The position numbers and the translations under genes were made by a program. A stretch of 64,000 nucleotides of DNA from Octopus vulgaris (taxonomy: Eukaryota), in assembly GCA_951406725.2 (NCBI GenBank), contig OX597827.1:30628001-30692000 (forward strand). Reading direction: 5' to 3'. Position 1 is the stretch's first letter. Each line of letters begins with the position of its first letter. Of the stretch, positions 30,542 through 46,022 are shown piece by piece. The notes below the pieces were generated by a model. That model saw only the letters and a program-made list of their open reading frames with translations. It had not been told where the DNA came from and made no database searches.

Positions 30542-31421
30542 GTATTAGATTAGAGTGGGTTGAGAAAAGAAAAAGAATACAAAAAAGAAAAAAATGAAGT
30601 TTTAAATTTAATAAAAATAAGACAATACAAGCTAAGACAAGAATTTATTATTTTTTTGTTTTACTTAGCATATTGTTTGAATGATAAAAAATAATTAGGA
30701 TATGGAAATGAAAAACCAAAATATACAATGAAAAAAGTGAAAAAATCCCAGATATAACGGCCACAGAGAAAATAGATTTTGAAACACTTCCCTCTGACCC
30801 AAAAGGAAGCAGTTTAGATTAAGGATGACAGCAGTTGAGGTTAGAATACAATTTAGAGAGGTACAGTAAAAATAGTATTGAATTATCTATTTTATATGAA
30901 ATATCAGAAAGATCAGGATCCGTTATAAATACATATATATTTGCTTATCTATAACTCATAATGATATATATATATATGTGTGTGTGTACATATACACATA
31001 TCCATATATGTACATATATGCACACACCCATAAATACATACATACATGACATTTTTTCTATAAGTGCCTACGTGTATGTTATGAGTTACAGATTAACAAG
31101 TACATGCATATTTATGGACCAACATCTGTATAATATTTCCAGAAATATTCTAAGCTATTTTATGTGTGTAGCATGCATGTATGTATATATATATATATAT
31201 ATACACGCACACACATGCACAAGCATATATATATTTACATACATACATGCATACATACATACATACACACACACACATGTATATAGGGAACAATTCTGAT
31301 AAGATGTAATTAGTGCATTTATTTCTTTTTATCTTTGTTTTCAAAAGTTAAATTCATACTGACTCTTTTCATAACCAGAAAAACACACACATATACATAC
31401 ATAAATACGTACATAAATATG

Positions 31422-31466
<45 letters not shown>

Positions 31467-31487
31467 GTATATATATATACATATACA

Positions 31488-31527
<40 letters not shown>

Positions 31528-31784
31528 TGGATCGATAGAAAGATGGATAGATAGAGATCAATTCATAGATGAGTGAATGTGTGCCTACATATGCAGGAGG
31601 TGTAGGGAGGCAGTAGTTCAAGAGAAGCTAGCTCATTACAATAATGATTTCCCAGAGATTAATGTTGGTTTTAGATGCAAGGCAAATTCTTAAAAAATAG
31701 ATTTACAAAATAATTATATCTTTTACACAAGAGAATAATAATAATAATGATAATAATAATAATAATAATGATAACAATAATGAT

Positions 31785-32168
31785 ATTGGTTTCTTACATA
31801 TGCACCAAGGTCAGAAATATTTTTGTGAGGTGAGATTAGTTGATTAAAAAACATTTCAGTTACATGTGTGGTGCTGATATATATATATATATATATCAAA
31901 CCTAAAAGGATGAAAGGCAAATTAGACCTCAGTGGGATTTGAACTCAGAACGTTGCGAACTGGAACAGATACTGCAAGGCATTTTGTCTGACACCCTAAT
32001 GATTCAACCAATCCACCACCCTTCTGTTAATCCAGTAGTGGTAGTAGTAGTATGATGAATTAATAAGAAAAAATGATTTTGTATATCATTACAAGGCCAG
32101 AGATTTTTAAGGGAAATGTGTATGTGTGTGTATATGTATATATATATATGTGTGTATATGTATATATA

Positions 32169-32226
<58 letters not shown>

Positions 32227-33165
32227 CATATATATATACACACACACACACACATATATATATATACACACACATATATATATGTGTGTGTGTGTGTGTA
32301 TACACACACATATATGAGGAACAGCTTTTCTTTCAAATATCCTGAATTGAAAACATAACTATGTTCACTAGCTTCTTATGAAAGCATTTGAATATTTTTG
32401 TCTAAATTCTATTAAAAAATTCATAGCAGCATGCGTACACATGCACCAACACCACTTCATCCAGAAGATGAGACCATGAAAGTCCAGAAATGTTGTTGAT
32501 AGATATACGAACTTTACTGTTCCAGTCAAAGTGCAAGAAAGTTATAAAAATATGAATAAACATTGACAAAAAAAAAAAGTACTACTGGAACATCCACGTT
32601 TTCAATACAACATATCTATATCTCAATTTATGTATGTATGTGTGTGTCTGTGTATGTATGTATGTATATCATATATATAATACTGGTTTCTAATATAGGC
32701 ACAAGGCTACATAATTTGAGGTTGGATATAGTCGTTTGTATACCTCTTCCCAGAATGTGATTGGTACTTGTTTTAATGATCCCTGGAGACAGTTGAAAAA
32801 TATAACCAGACTGAGCAGGATTAGAACTTGGAATGCAGGGAAACAGAATTGGATACAGAATGTATTTAGTCCTATGATCCACTTTTCCTGTTGCTTCACT
32901 GTCCCATGGAAATAAAACAAGGAAAAAAAGAACAGTAGGAGATTTTAGCATAGGCACAAGGCCACACATTTGGAGGAGGCATATTGCTGACTAAACCAAC
33001 CTGTACTTGATTGGTACTTTATTTTTATGGACCTTTGAAGGATGAAAGGCAAAGTCAACCCTGGTGGTCTTTGAATGTGGAATGTTAGAGAACGTAACTA
33101 AATATTGTAAAGTATTGATTTTTGTTTTAGGTGTTGCTCTACCGGTTCTGCCAATCCAACCTTAC
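31785..33165 (-). mobile_element. Three degenerate family A SINEs (about 31785-32025, 32690-32880, 32950-33165)
   Basis: ggcacaagg tail and aaggatgaaaggcaaa domain. Confidence 0.7.
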
Positions 33166-33849
33166 CCCACCTCTTCACAATATAACAACAAGGAACATAT
33201 TTTTTAAATGAAGTTGGTCTGACACTATTGTATCAGTTTAGATTCACCAAAATAACACAGACTATATTCTTGCTTCTAGTTCTGGGAAACTGGAACCTCC
33301 CACCATAAAAGACACCAAAAAATAAAAGGGGAACATTATATACACCCCCCCCCCCCACACATATATATATATATATATGTATGTATGTGTGCATGAATGT
33401 ATATATTTAGCATCCAGGTATTCAATATCAGTGATTTATCAATGTTACAAGCAAAATAAACTATTTCAGAGAGCACAACATTTATCTCAAGAAAAATAGA
33501 TGAGTTATTGATATGTGTATTGTATATATGAATATACATAAACATACATATATGTATGTATGTGTGTGTGTGTATATATATATATATACGTGTGTATGTA
33601 TGTATATATAGTGATGGGAAGTCATAGATTTATAGATATTAGAATTTTTTGTTTCAAATACAATGTTTGGAATTTTTCTACATTTAATTTTGTTTTTTTC
33701 ATGTAATTTATACAATCATAATATTTAAAAATATATATATACTAATAACTTTGTATATATACATATATATATTTATAGATGTTAGGTTATAAGAAATATT
33801 TGTATTTTCTTAATATATATATAAACTCATACATTCAACACATGCAGAG

Positions 33850-34400
33850 AACAAACAACATTGGGTCTACATCCTAAAGACAAGGCTTTCCCACTTCAGG
33901 GTTGGAAAGTATTCCTGCCCTCATCAAATACTGATACTCAACAAAGCATAAATGTGACCCCTATCAAATATCCAGGAAAGCATGTTTTGCCTAAGACACC
34001 CCCCCCCTCAAAGATTGCACTTTCAAATCAATCGTCCAGCTTATTTGATTGGTAAAATCACACCAAATGTAGTACAGCCACTGGTTCAAAGACTGATAAA
34101 TGTTGCTTCCTATCTCATCCCCCTGTCTCTTCTATATTTACTACAAGAGTCTTTGTTTTCTTCAGATCAAAGAAATTATGTCCTATCTTCATCTAAGTCC
34201 AGCTGATGCACTCACTTCTCCTCAATTAGACATCACTGCACCACTATCTCTTAAAATACACATTATTCCCTTTGCCAAACTCTTCCTATCTGGAAAACCC
34301 AGTTTTATAGCCCCTTCCACTTTTCTATCATCTCTCACTCTCTTTCTCCCCTCTGTTAGCTTGGGAAGGCCATCAATTATCATCAGTGCTGTGCCACCAA
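33850..34400 (-). mobile_element. Possible very old LINE RT remnant
   Basis: Purine-rich minus strand with faint ISL and FDR-like traces. No open frame. Confidence 0.25.
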
Positions 34401-34414
34401 CTTAATAATAATAA

Positions 34415-34845
34415 TAATCGTTTCTACTACAAGGAATTTTGGAGGCAAGGGTTTGTCGATTACATTGACCCCAGTGCTCAGTTTTTGCTTATTTTGCTGA
34501 CCCCAAAAGGATGAAAGGCAAAGTTGGCTGCAGTGACATTTGAACTAAGAACGTAAAGACACATGAAATGCCACTAAGCATTTTGCCCAGTATGCTAACA
34601 ATTCTGCCAGCTCACCAACTTAATAATAATAATCCTTTCTGCTAAAGGTACAAGGCCTGAAATTTGGGGGAGGGGACTAGTCGATTACATCGATCCCCAA
34701 TGTTTCACTGGTACTTAATTTATCGACCCCCAAAAGGATGAAAGGCAAAGTAGACCTCAGTGGAATTTGAACTCAGAATGTAAAGACAAACGAAATGCTG
34801 GTAAGCATTTCGCCTGGCATGTAACAACTCTGTTCACTGCCTGAA
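34415..34845 (-). mobile_element. Tandem pair of family A SINEs within (TAA)n
   Basis: Two colinear copies separated and flanked by taa repeats. Confidence 0.88.
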
Positions 34846-34850
34846 TAATA

Positions 34851-34889
<39 letters not shown>

Positions 34890-35243
34890 TTTTTTTGTTA
34901 AGAAGCTGCAATGACTGACATATGTAGATAAACATGTAGAATATATTCTCTTTTCAATGTATACTTATCTTTATTTGTGCACTGAAAATATCATCTTTGA
35001 AATAAAAATGTCACCATCAGTGAAGCAGAATGAACAAAATGTTGAGAAGATTGGAGGAGTTATGTTTTTAAGGAGTATCTCAGTTTTTAAAAAAATGATA
35101 AGATAATGAATTTAGTGAAAACAGAGTAAACCCTGTGTGTGTGTGTGTGTTCTTGTATGTGTGTTATACATATTGTAGAAATTAAAAAAGAAAATTTACA
35201 ATGTTTGATAAAATGTGAGATTGGTAAAAAAAAACACTTTGCT

Positions 35244-35324
<81 letters not shown>

Positions 35325-35584
35325 CACACACACATGTATGTATGTGTGTGTGCATGCACATAAACACATATGCGCACATACTGGCAACTGGTAGTTTCAT
35401 TTTGCACTTGTTGAGACTCAACCTGAGGAATCATTAGATGAGACTATCAGCCACAGGGATGTAAGGTTTCTCTACTCTGAAAACAGATATTATTCTACAG
35501 CACTGAGTTCTTTTTTTTATTTGTAAGCATACACAGTACTCAAACCTGTCTACTCATACATACAAATATGTATATGTATGTGTA

Positions 35585-35714
<130 letters not shown>

Positions 35715-35748
35715 AATTAATATAAACAGTGAGGTGCAATATAATACC

Positions 35749-35900
35749 TATTTCTTTACTACCCACAAGGGGCTAAACACAGAGGGAACAAACAAGGACA
35801 GACAAACGGATTAAGTCGATTATATCGACCCCAGTGCGTAACTGGTACTTATTTAATCGACCCCGAAAGGATGAAAGGCAAAGTTAACCTCGGCGGAATC
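35749..35900 (-). mobile_element. 5'-truncated family A SINE with gccccttgtggg tail
   Basis: TSD caatataatacc at 35737-35748 and 35901-35912. Confidence 0.9.
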
Positions 35901-36669
35901 CAATATAATACCATAAAGGAAAAATGTTGTCATCACTAATTGTGACTGAGAGAGCCAAAGCACCTGTATTGCAAAAAATAAGAGTTAAAAACTCTTAATG
36001 CTGTAAGAAGCACGCAATGTATATATACATATATACTGACAGGGGAGGTAACCACCCCATGAGTGTCTCTAGGATCACTAGACTAGACTTGTTTTGCCTA
36101 TAAGGCATAGGCTTGTCCAGATCAACAGATTGTACATTATTTCAGCAAGTCAACCAATCAGGACAGGGTTGAATAATTTCAGTTTATCAGCTTGTGAAAT
36201 TGTCTTTGAGTATTAGAATTTATATTTGACGATAGATGTGTGATGAAAATAGGAAACACCACGCGAAGGAAGAGGGGTAGGAAGAGGAAGCTGAGGATGA
36301 GGATAGGGAGCAGGCAATGTAATACATTCAGCAGTAGATTTACAATGGGTGTCATGAGATGCCTATGAGAAGTAATAAAGCCTCCAATTGATTATAAGCA
36401 GTTTTAAGTGAAGAGAATGAAAAGTGAATTTGTTGCCCCAAGCAGGAATCAAAAAGGAAAAACAAAAAACGATTCCCAAACACAACTCACCAGGGGCTTA
36501 CCTCTTGCTCTACACAGCCCAGTAACAAGTGTGATGTTTAGTAATTTATCTGGCCAACAGGTTTTAACTTCAATATACTTTCAACTTTAAACATTTATTT
36601 CACAGTATTTATTAAATACCATAATTTACATTATTATTGATGTATTTGTTGTCTATTATTTTACAACAA

Positions 36670-36890
36670 AGTCCAGCACTTTTTCACCTTCAACTGGCAA
36701 AATGAGCTGTACCTGTAATTCAACGGGCCAGCCTTGTCACATTCTGTATCATGCTGAATCTCCCTGAGAACTACATTAAGAGTACATGTGTTTGCGGGGT
36801 GATCAGCCACATGCACAGTAAATTCATGAGCAGGTTGTTCTGTTGATCAGATCAACTAGAACACTTATCATCATTACCGATGGTGTACTA
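36670..36890 (+). mobile_element. 3' part of SINE family C
   Basis: Matches 43790-44000. Confidence 0.75.
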
Positions 36891-36911
36891 ACCTAAAATA
36901 TTTTATATATG

Positions 36912-36993
<82 letters not shown>

Positions 36994-37000
36994 TAGAGAG

Positions 37001-37033
<33 letters not shown>

Positions 37034-38342
37034 TAGAGCTACAGGTTGGGTAAATGAAGTTATGAGATAAAATAGATATTGTGAATGAGTGAAATTTTCT
37101 TATAAAATCAATGTCACAAGGAGGAAGAGAAAAATATTCTAAATTTAGATTAGAGAAAATTTTACACCATTAAAATACAAGTATATATTTTACAACAGTT
37201 GCAATGTTAAAGAATGTTGCTGTTTTAGTTGGTGATTGAAGACTTAATTTAAGCTGGAGAAAGAGTTAAACATGTAAGAGCACACACCGTTAATTACAGT
37301 TTTTGGAATTTTTCTAAAAAAATAATACATCAGAAAATATTAAATATTTGACCTATCCATCTTATGTAAATATCCATTGGCACACACACTTATACATGTA
37401 TCCGGGGAATAAATACAACAGCTAGGTCAATATAAATCACTCGAAATCTGAGAGTTAAGCATGTGACAGTAGCTATTCTTAACAAGTCTTAGACCAATGA
37501 AGTGGACTCAGTTGAGTGTAACTCAGCATTTGTCAAATGCACAAATCACCCTTCACTCACACTCTTTTTAAATGGCAGTGGTAGCACGGTTATCTTCAAC
37601 CTATGATATGCCTTAATGCAGGATTTGTATATAAGATCGTTATTTATTGTGTGCTTCTTTGCACACTTTCTTCATATCCTGCTTCTACTTCTCTCTCTCT
37701 CTCTCTCTCATACATACGCACATGCACCCTCCCCCTCTCTCTCTTGTTATATCGATCAATATGTCTTGAGATCTAATTTAAATATGTTAGTTATAAAAGC
37801 CAAAAATACTCAAAGCTAAGCTGTTGCAGTGATTTTTTTTGCCCAGATATGAAAAAGTGACACAACATGCCATCAGTATTGCTTGGGAGAGAGAAAGAGA
37901 GGCAGGCAAAGTGAGAGGAGAGAAAAAGACAGGGAGAGAGAAAGAGAGAGGCAGACAAAGTGAGAAAAATATTACAGAATGTATTTAGTAAAAAAAAAAA
38001 ATGGAATGCATTTAATATGGTATAGAAGGTAATGGCATCAGTTGTTATTCATAATGGTAAGAAACCATAGGATTATGTAGCATGGAATAAATTTGTACAC
38101 ATTCTAAGAGTGACTAATAGCAAGATGAAATTCAAAAATTAAAATCTCAACTTGGAATCGGTAGGAGAAACAAAAGTGTATCAGGAATTTAAAGAATCCA
38201 GAAATCCATATTCAAAAATCTTTGAATCCTAAGAGTACCAGTTTGTAATTCTTACATTATAAACATTGAGAGAAAAATAATAATTGGTATTTCTCTAAAT
38301 ATTTTTTTTTTTAGTTATTGTTATTTTTTCTGATAATAATAA

Positions 38343-38790
38343 TCCTTTCTAATAGAGGCACAAAGCCTGGAATTTGTTGGGAGCGGGATAGACAATTACA
38401 TCGATACCATTATACAACTGGTATTTATTTTACCGATCCCGAAAGGATGAAGGGCAAAGTCGACCTCAGAAGAGTTTGAACTCAGAACGCACTGACGGGC
38501 GAAATACCACTAAGCATTTCGTCCTGTGTGCTAACGATTCTGCCAGTCCACCACCTTAAAATAATAATAATAATAATTGTTTCTATTATAGGTACAAGGC
38601 CAGAAATTTTAGGGGGAGGGATTATGTTGCTTACATCAACTCCAGTCCTCAACTGGTCCTTATTTCATCGACCCCAAAAGAGTGAAAGGCAAGGTCAACC
38701 TTGGTGGCATTTGAACTCAGAACATAAAGACAAATGAAATTCTGCTAAGCATTTTGTCTGGTTTGTTAATGATTCTGCTAACGAGTCTGC
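38343..38790 (-). mobile_element. Tandem pair of family A SINEs separated by (TAA)n
   Basis: Two colinear copies. Confidence 0.85.
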
Positions 38791-39893
38791 CAGTTGAGTT
38801 TATTGTGTGCAATGATCTGTGGTGAGTAAAAGTGGAGGCAGAGAGTAGCAGCAATAAGTCAAGCAAAGAAAGACCGAAACATGAGCAATAAAAGAGCCAT
38901 GAAGAGGAGAAGAGGGCACATAGGCACGTCAGGAGTAGTGCTGATGGCTAAGGAGAGTTGACTACTGTTTTCAGCAGGTCAAACAATCATGTTGAGGCTC
39001 TCTGTTGAAGGAGTAATTGTGTGTGTTTGCTGCTGTATTTGCTATTCTTTTCCTAAAGATGGTAAGACAAGTATATAGAGGCAATCACACACACACACAC
39101 ACACACACATGCACCCTCCCTACCCTGAGGCACAAGATCTTTGAAAGATAGTTAGCAGAAGCAGAACAAAACTGTTTTTGGGCCTTGAGAAGTGTAGGTC
39201 TCTCAAAATTCAAGAGGGTTATGATCACTACTTCTTCCACGCTCTGTCCTTGTGCATGCACACAAACACACTTCACAACAAAGAAAAGGGACAGAAATGT
39301 GCCCACACAAGGTTTTCACAATGTAATCAGATTTTTTTTAAATTGAAAATATTTAAGCAATCGTTACTCTCATGGATGTTCACACACTTTGAATGCAAAT
39401 TTATGTGCTTACCCTAGAACTAAAAATTATAAGGAATATTGCTTGTAAGATTTGTCTTTAGCTCACTGGGCCCCTTGACTCATATACTGTCTGATTGATG
39501 TATTGTCTTATAGGCCCTGCACACATACTTTAAACATATCTCCATATGCTAAAATGATTAGTTAATAGAAGCTGTAACAAGTCATGATAAGAATATAGCC
39601 CAGTACAATATGTTGATAGAATCAGGTCTTTTTAAAGAGGACCTTCATGTGGAAAGCTTTCACTATCACAGCTGTATGCACTTAAAACACAAACATCTTT
39701 ATATATAATTAATGATTTTTAATTAAATGATTTCAGATATAATATAATATATATATATATATGTAGGTTTTGAGAAAGCTATAGAATGTTGCACAAGTAG
39801 AGAGCTCTGCTTCTTATAGCAGAAACAGCTGTAAGCCAGTGGAGTTGCTTATGTGACTGCTGTTCTCTTGTCATTCATTAATATATGTACATG

Positions 39894-39925
<32 letters not shown>

Positions 39926-39929
39926 CATA

Positions 39930-40066
39930 CTCTTTTACTTGTTTCAGTCATTTGACTGCGGCCATGCTGGAGCACCGCCTTTAGTCGAGCAAATCAACCC
40001 CGGGACTTAATCTTTGTAAGCCCAGTACTTATTTTATCGGTCTCTTTTGCCGAACCGCTAAGTGAC
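39930..40066 (-). mobile_element. 3' tail fragment of family B SINE
   Basis: ttcagtcatttgactgcggccatgctggagcaccgcc, flanked by TA-rich repeats. Confidence 0.85.
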
Positions 40067-42799
40067 ATATATACATATAATTCAAAATATGTTTTAAAAA
40101 CTTTATTGCAAGTTTTATTCCCTTGTCACTTAATTACACCCTGTTCTGAAGTAACCCACGCCCCACCAAAATATTACCATGCCCTACTGGTGAGGCATGC
40201 ACCCCCACCTTGATAAACAGTGGTCCATTTCCTTGAGCTTCTGCTTTCATTATATGTCTGTATCTCTTCACTATCTGACAGATGCCATATATGGTATGCT
40301 CTGTTCTGATTGCATCCATGTTAATTAAGATATAACGAGATCAATTTGAAATTAATTAATTTTTTTTTCCTGTTTTTTTTGTCTCAATCATTTTTAAATA
40401 ATTTCCTCATAATAATAATTATTATTAATTAGGTAACACAAAATTTTGTTGACATATCTGAGACTTGTTTCTGACTAAATTTGGAGATACTGAACCCAAA
40501 ACTAATATCAGTTATTGCCAATCTTGGCAATTTTTTGTTCAATGACATGTTTCTATTTTTTTAAAAATAATCTGAGAAAGCACCCAGTTATAATAATCGT
40601 TACTTGTTTGAGCCCCAATTTTTCCTTTTAATCAATATCCCATGCTTTAAATTTTACAAAATTTTGTTAGATGCTTCTTGTTTTTGTTATAAAAAAAATA
40701 TTTTTCTCTTTTCAGCTCTTTAAAATCTTAAAAACATTTTTGTTAAATTTCAAACATATATATGAAATAATAATATTAAAAAAAACAAACCCTTTTTTTA
40801 GTTTAAGTCAATGCACAGTTAAGGAAAAGACTTTTTCAATATTTCAATAATCAACAACAACAACAACACAACAAAAAATTAAAAAAAGAGAAAAGCTGTC
40901 ATATGAATAAGAAAATATCTTCAGGCAAAATATTAAATATATTTAAAGTTATTTTCAACTGTAAATCTCCATCATTTAGTTGAATTTTATGATAATATAC
41001 TTATTTTATATGTAATAATGTCTTTATTTTATTATATTCAAAATAATGATTTTATTTATTTAAATAATTTTTTTAAACACTAAGATTTTAATATACCTGT
41101 TTTCCATAACATTTCTTATCTGATATAGGCACAATGCCACATATATTGTGGGAGGGTAAGATCAATTATAAAGATCTCAGTATATTACTGGTTCTTATTT
41201 TATCCACGTTGAAATTGAGGAAAAACAAGATCCGTTGTGACAGGATTCAAATTTAGAGCATAAAGTGACCCAAATAAATATCAAAAGGCATTTTGTAAAA
41301 CACACTGCTGATTCTGGTAAGTCAACGCCCTGCGACCCTATTGTGACACCAATAAAGAATTTAACAAAATAATTGCCTTACTAAGTTGGTGTTTGGAACA
41401 TAAATTAACATGAAATTTCGGTGAAAGTTTTGAAATCTAGATTATTTTAAAACAGGAAGTCTGTATCCTGGAACTAAGGGCAGCATTGGGCAAGTTGGTA
41501 TCAAAAGGGTCTGATAGTATTAGTTTCTAACTTTTGTTCAAATCCTTGAATTTGTAGCAAGGGGTGAGTGGTATAGTGGTACAGCCAGGTGATCCTAATA
41601 TATTACTAGCATTTGTGTTATTGTCCCATGATGAATATCAAAGTTGACTTTGTTGGCAGTGTTTGATCTTAGAATGGAAAAGAAACTAAATACCACAAGA
41701 CATTTAGTCTGATATTTTCACTATAATTATTCCTACCATATCTTTTTGACATCTTTTTTTTATAGTTTGTGAAACAGGAAGCATTTACTTGTTGTAGTTT
41801 GTCAGTTATTCCAGAGAATGTTTGTCAGTACAAATTCCCAGAAGTCTTTGTCCAACAAGTCTTTAACAGTTGACACCATCAGCCTCTATACTTGTAGACA
41901 TCAGAACTTAACCAATTTTATACTGCCTAAGACCTTACAACAGCAATTTATTCCAATATCCTGAAAACCAACTGATCTCCTTTAAGTTACACACATCACT
42001 TCACATTGTACATCTTTAACATTGTCATCTCATTTCCCTTCACTTCAGCCACAAGTCATCTATTGTTATGGCTTATACTTTTCTATTTAGTTAACATTAT
42101 TATTATTATTATCATTATTATTATCATCATTATTATTATTATCATTATTATTATCATTCAGTAGTCTTATTTTTACTGTGTGCTTTGCACAGCTCTGTGT
42201 ACCTTGCATGTTCTTTTCTTTTCTATTTTTTTTTTGATTAAATATAATTACCTCATGTTAATTCAATGATTAAAGATTTTATTGTTGCATCCATGTTTCA
42301 AAATTAAACTTTTATTTAAACAAACAACTAAAAATTTCATAATGGATTTTAAGCAACTAACCTAACCATAAGTGAGTTTACATTTAGAAAGTTAAAATTA
42401 ATATATGAGCTCCAAGCAGTTTTAGATGAAAATATTGGGGTGTCTAATATGTATAATATTTTAAAAGTCTAAAAGATTTTTAGTATCATAGAGAGAAGGA
42501 TCATAAATTTAAAAAAAAAGGGTTTACATTGTCTGCAAACTTAAATGTAAACAGAGATCACTGCTATTAGACATTTTTTTTTTTACAAAACATGAAATTG
42601 TCACATTGTTTAACAAAATAAATGTGTGTTCTTTGGTGTGATGGCAGCAGAAAGAAGGGGTTGTGTTAGTATTTAAATAAATATAATAAATTTTGATTAA
42701 AAAAAACTAATATAAAAAAATAAATCCATCAGAAAATGAAGCAATTTAGCAAGAGTATATGTGATGGTGCATACAGCTTCCTCATCACTGAAGAACAAC

Positions 42800-42987
42800 A
42801 ATGCTTTCTATAAAATTTATCATTACTGTTCATGATAATTTTTGCTCTGGTAGATGTTATACCAACACTATATCGAAAGAACGAGCCATATCCAATGGCC
42901 AAAGGTCTTTTGGGTCATTCTTTCTCCTTCAACTTTCTAACATCCTCCTTAGAATCCTTGCTCTTCCTAACAAGGCTGTTTTCTGTA

Positions 42988-43018
<31 letters not shown>

Positions 43019-43285
43019 TTTGCACAGTGATGATCTTGTTAACATTGGGTCATTTAATTGACTATGTCAAGTTGTATAACTTCAATTAGACAATACTTTC
43101 AACAGGATATTTTCCGTTCCCAAAAGTGTTGTCTTTTGCAATGTCATAATGCTGGGACAGATACATCAACTGTGTCAAAATGTTTCTGAAGGCTTTTCAT
43201 CACTGACCCAAGAGTTCCAATCACAACTGGCACCATTCATGATTGCATATTCCACATTCTCTCAACATCTATTCACAAGCCTGCA
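42800..43285 (-). mobile_element. Two tandem 3' ends of R4/Dong-clade retrotransposons in (TAA)n
   Basis: Minus strand gives LQKTALLGRARILRRMLES* (about 42990-42930), and MVPVVIGTLGSV...LQKTTLLGTENILLKVLSN* (about 43230-43080). att repeats at 42988-43020 and 43286-43298. Confidence 0.8.
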
Positions 43286-43677
43286 TATTATTATTATTGA
43301 TGTTGTTGATGGTCTTTCAGGTATTGGTCAATAAAATAAATCAGCAAGATTCATACATGCATGTGCATATGTATGTATGATTCTACCCAGTGCCTGAGGT
43401 AAGACTGCCTAGGGTAGAGACTAGGTCTTTGTGTTTTAGGCCACTGGGGCCCTTACATATACAAATGCCGGATTTATAGATTAGCAATGGGTTCCCTAAG
43501 CCTGCAGGAGGTCCTTGGGTAACTGTTCAGTGTGTTGTCCACGCCATAGAATGGTACTGACTCTCCTATGTTGATGACCACAGAACAGATTTTGAGATGT
43601 TGTGGGTCAGTGTGTAATATACAATGTGGCAGTCTGGGAGGTGGGGAAGGTTGTTTCACCTCCACCGTCCAATAGTG

Positions 43678-44000
43678 AAGGCACATGGCTTAGTGGTTAG
43701 GGCATTTGGCTCATGACCATAAGGTCATGAGTTTGATTCCCAGCGGGGCATTGTGTCCTTGAGCAAGACTCTTTATTTCCTGTTGCTCCAGTCCACTCAG
43801 CTGGCAAAAGTGAGTAGTACCTATATTTCAAAGGGCCAGCTTTGTCACATTCTGTGTCACACTGAATCTCCCTGAGAACTATGATAAGGGTACATGTGTT
43901 TGTGGAGTGCTCAGCCACTTGCATGTAAATTTCACGAGCAAACTATTCCATTGATCGGATCAACTGGAATCTTCGTCATAACTGATGGAGTGCCAGTTAC
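43678..44000 (+). mobile_element. SINE family C (tRNA head plus gtccttgagcaagac domain)
   Basis: Box A tggcttagtgg, box B gagtttgattccc. Head shared with 54670-54918. Confidence 0.85.
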
Positions 44001-44460
44001 TGCCCCATGTAGATGACGATGGTAGAGATGGTGGTGACAGTGGTGGTGGTTGTTACTAGCTGTAGTAAATCTAGCAAAAACAACCAAAGATTATGTCCAT
44101 CAACTAAAGCACTGACAGTGATAGTTTCCCGAAGAAACAAATAAATTGCTTTGTTTTTAAAAAAATATCATTTTGGTTTCAATTATTTCTTCTTTAAAAT
44201 GAGCATTCAGTTAACAAGCTTATTGTATCCAGTGCTAAGATGCACTACAACTTGTCAGAAAAGTGCCCTCCCATTTTTTAAAGACAGTACAGTGACTCGT
44301 GAAGGAGATTTGGTACTATTTCTTGCAGATCAAGTGACCACAACAGCTCAAGTAAGATAGTACTTTACAGTTAGCAGTGAGAAAGAGGGCAGCAGAATGT
44401 GTGCGTGTGTGTGTATGTGTTTTTAGTGTCACACATGAAAAGGAAGGAGTTAAAAGATAC

Positions 44461-44529
<69 letters not shown>

Positions 44530-44903
44530 TGAAAGCACGTAATGTATGGGTTAGGCATATTGCACTCACAATTGTCAGACCACAGTTTTGATTCCTAGGC
44601 TGGTTGCACATTATGTTCCTTAGCAAAACACTACCCCAATTCATGGGTAACCCTGCAAAAGACTAGCTTCCTGATCAGGGGGAATGTTAGCCTGCAGGGT
44701 GGCATCATTTGAAAGCTAAAATGATGCAAAGTGCATTGTGACCAGTGATGTGTAGCAAAATTTGATAACCTGGTCAATCACGTGATCACATGATATATAT
44801 ATATACATATACATAAATATATAATATATATATATACACACATACACACACACACATACATATATATGTATTCTATATATATATCTATATATATCTATAC
44901 GTG

Positions 44904-44968
<65 letters not shown>

Positions 44969-45363
44969 ACACACACATATACATTTAAGCCTAATCCCTT
45001 CTCTACACAAAGAGGTATCAACAATCAAACCAGCATTAATATATTTCATGAGTGCACATTTCCCAGCAGTGACGGCAGCAAAATTAAATGAAAGTGAAGA
45101 GGTCATTTAAGACACTCCACGCAAGTGAAGGCAGAATAGCTTAAATGCAACATTCAACTTTAAAAGTAAGGTCACAGAGTGCTTGGATTGGAAACTGGTT
45201 GAGCACTCTTGGTGTGTGTTTCTCTCTCTCTCTCTATCCCATCCTCTAAATATATGCATATATTTATGTATGTATGTGTATGTGCGCGTGTGTGTGTGTG
45301 TGTATATATATATATATGTATGTATGTATGTATGTATGAATGTATGTATGTATAAATGTGTGC

Positions 45364-45408
<45 letters not shown>

Positions 45409-45447
45409 TATATAAAGTATGGCTACAACTTAAATGAAAAAAATATT

Positions 45448-45638
45448 CTTTTCTACTCTAGCCACAAGGCCTGAAATTTTAGGGGAGGGGGCAGTCAATT
45501 AGATTGACCCCAGTATGCAACTGGTACTTAATTTATTGACCCCGAAAGGACAAAAGGCAAAGTCGACCTCGGCAGAATTTGAACTCAGAATGTAAAGACA
45601 GACTAAATGCCGCTAAGCATTTCGCTCAGCTTGCGGCC
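45448..45638 (-). mobile_element. SINE family A with TSD
   Basis: TSD ttaaatgaaaaaa(a)tatt on both sides. Confidence 0.88.
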
Positions 45639-45979
45639 TTTAAATGAAAAAATATTAGAATAAACATCATCATGCTCAACAACAACAACAAAAAAACCAA
45701 CTGCAAGAAAAAAAAAATAAACGCCTCACCAAAAACCTATACATAAAACATGACCATTTTCAGGAGTAGGAAACAATATTCAGTTTCAAAGAATGTTAAA
45801 TACAAATTTATCAGAACTCTTTTGTAAATAGAATTCTATTAAGTGAGAAAATGGAATGTATATTTATAAATATATACATATATGTGTATATATATGTGTG
45901 TGTAAGTATGTGCTTTTATACATACCCACCTACCTACTTACCCACATGCACACATATAGATATACATACACATATATAC

Positions 45980-46022
<43 letters not shown>

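Noticed and set aside
40134-40520. 61-aa ORF or DNA transposon end
   Set aside because: Only vague similarity; no TIR pair or motif I can support.
43678-43745. tRNA genes at box A/B motifs (also 1887, 24261, 54850)
   Set aside because: No full cloverleaf; each continues into a repeated SINE body.
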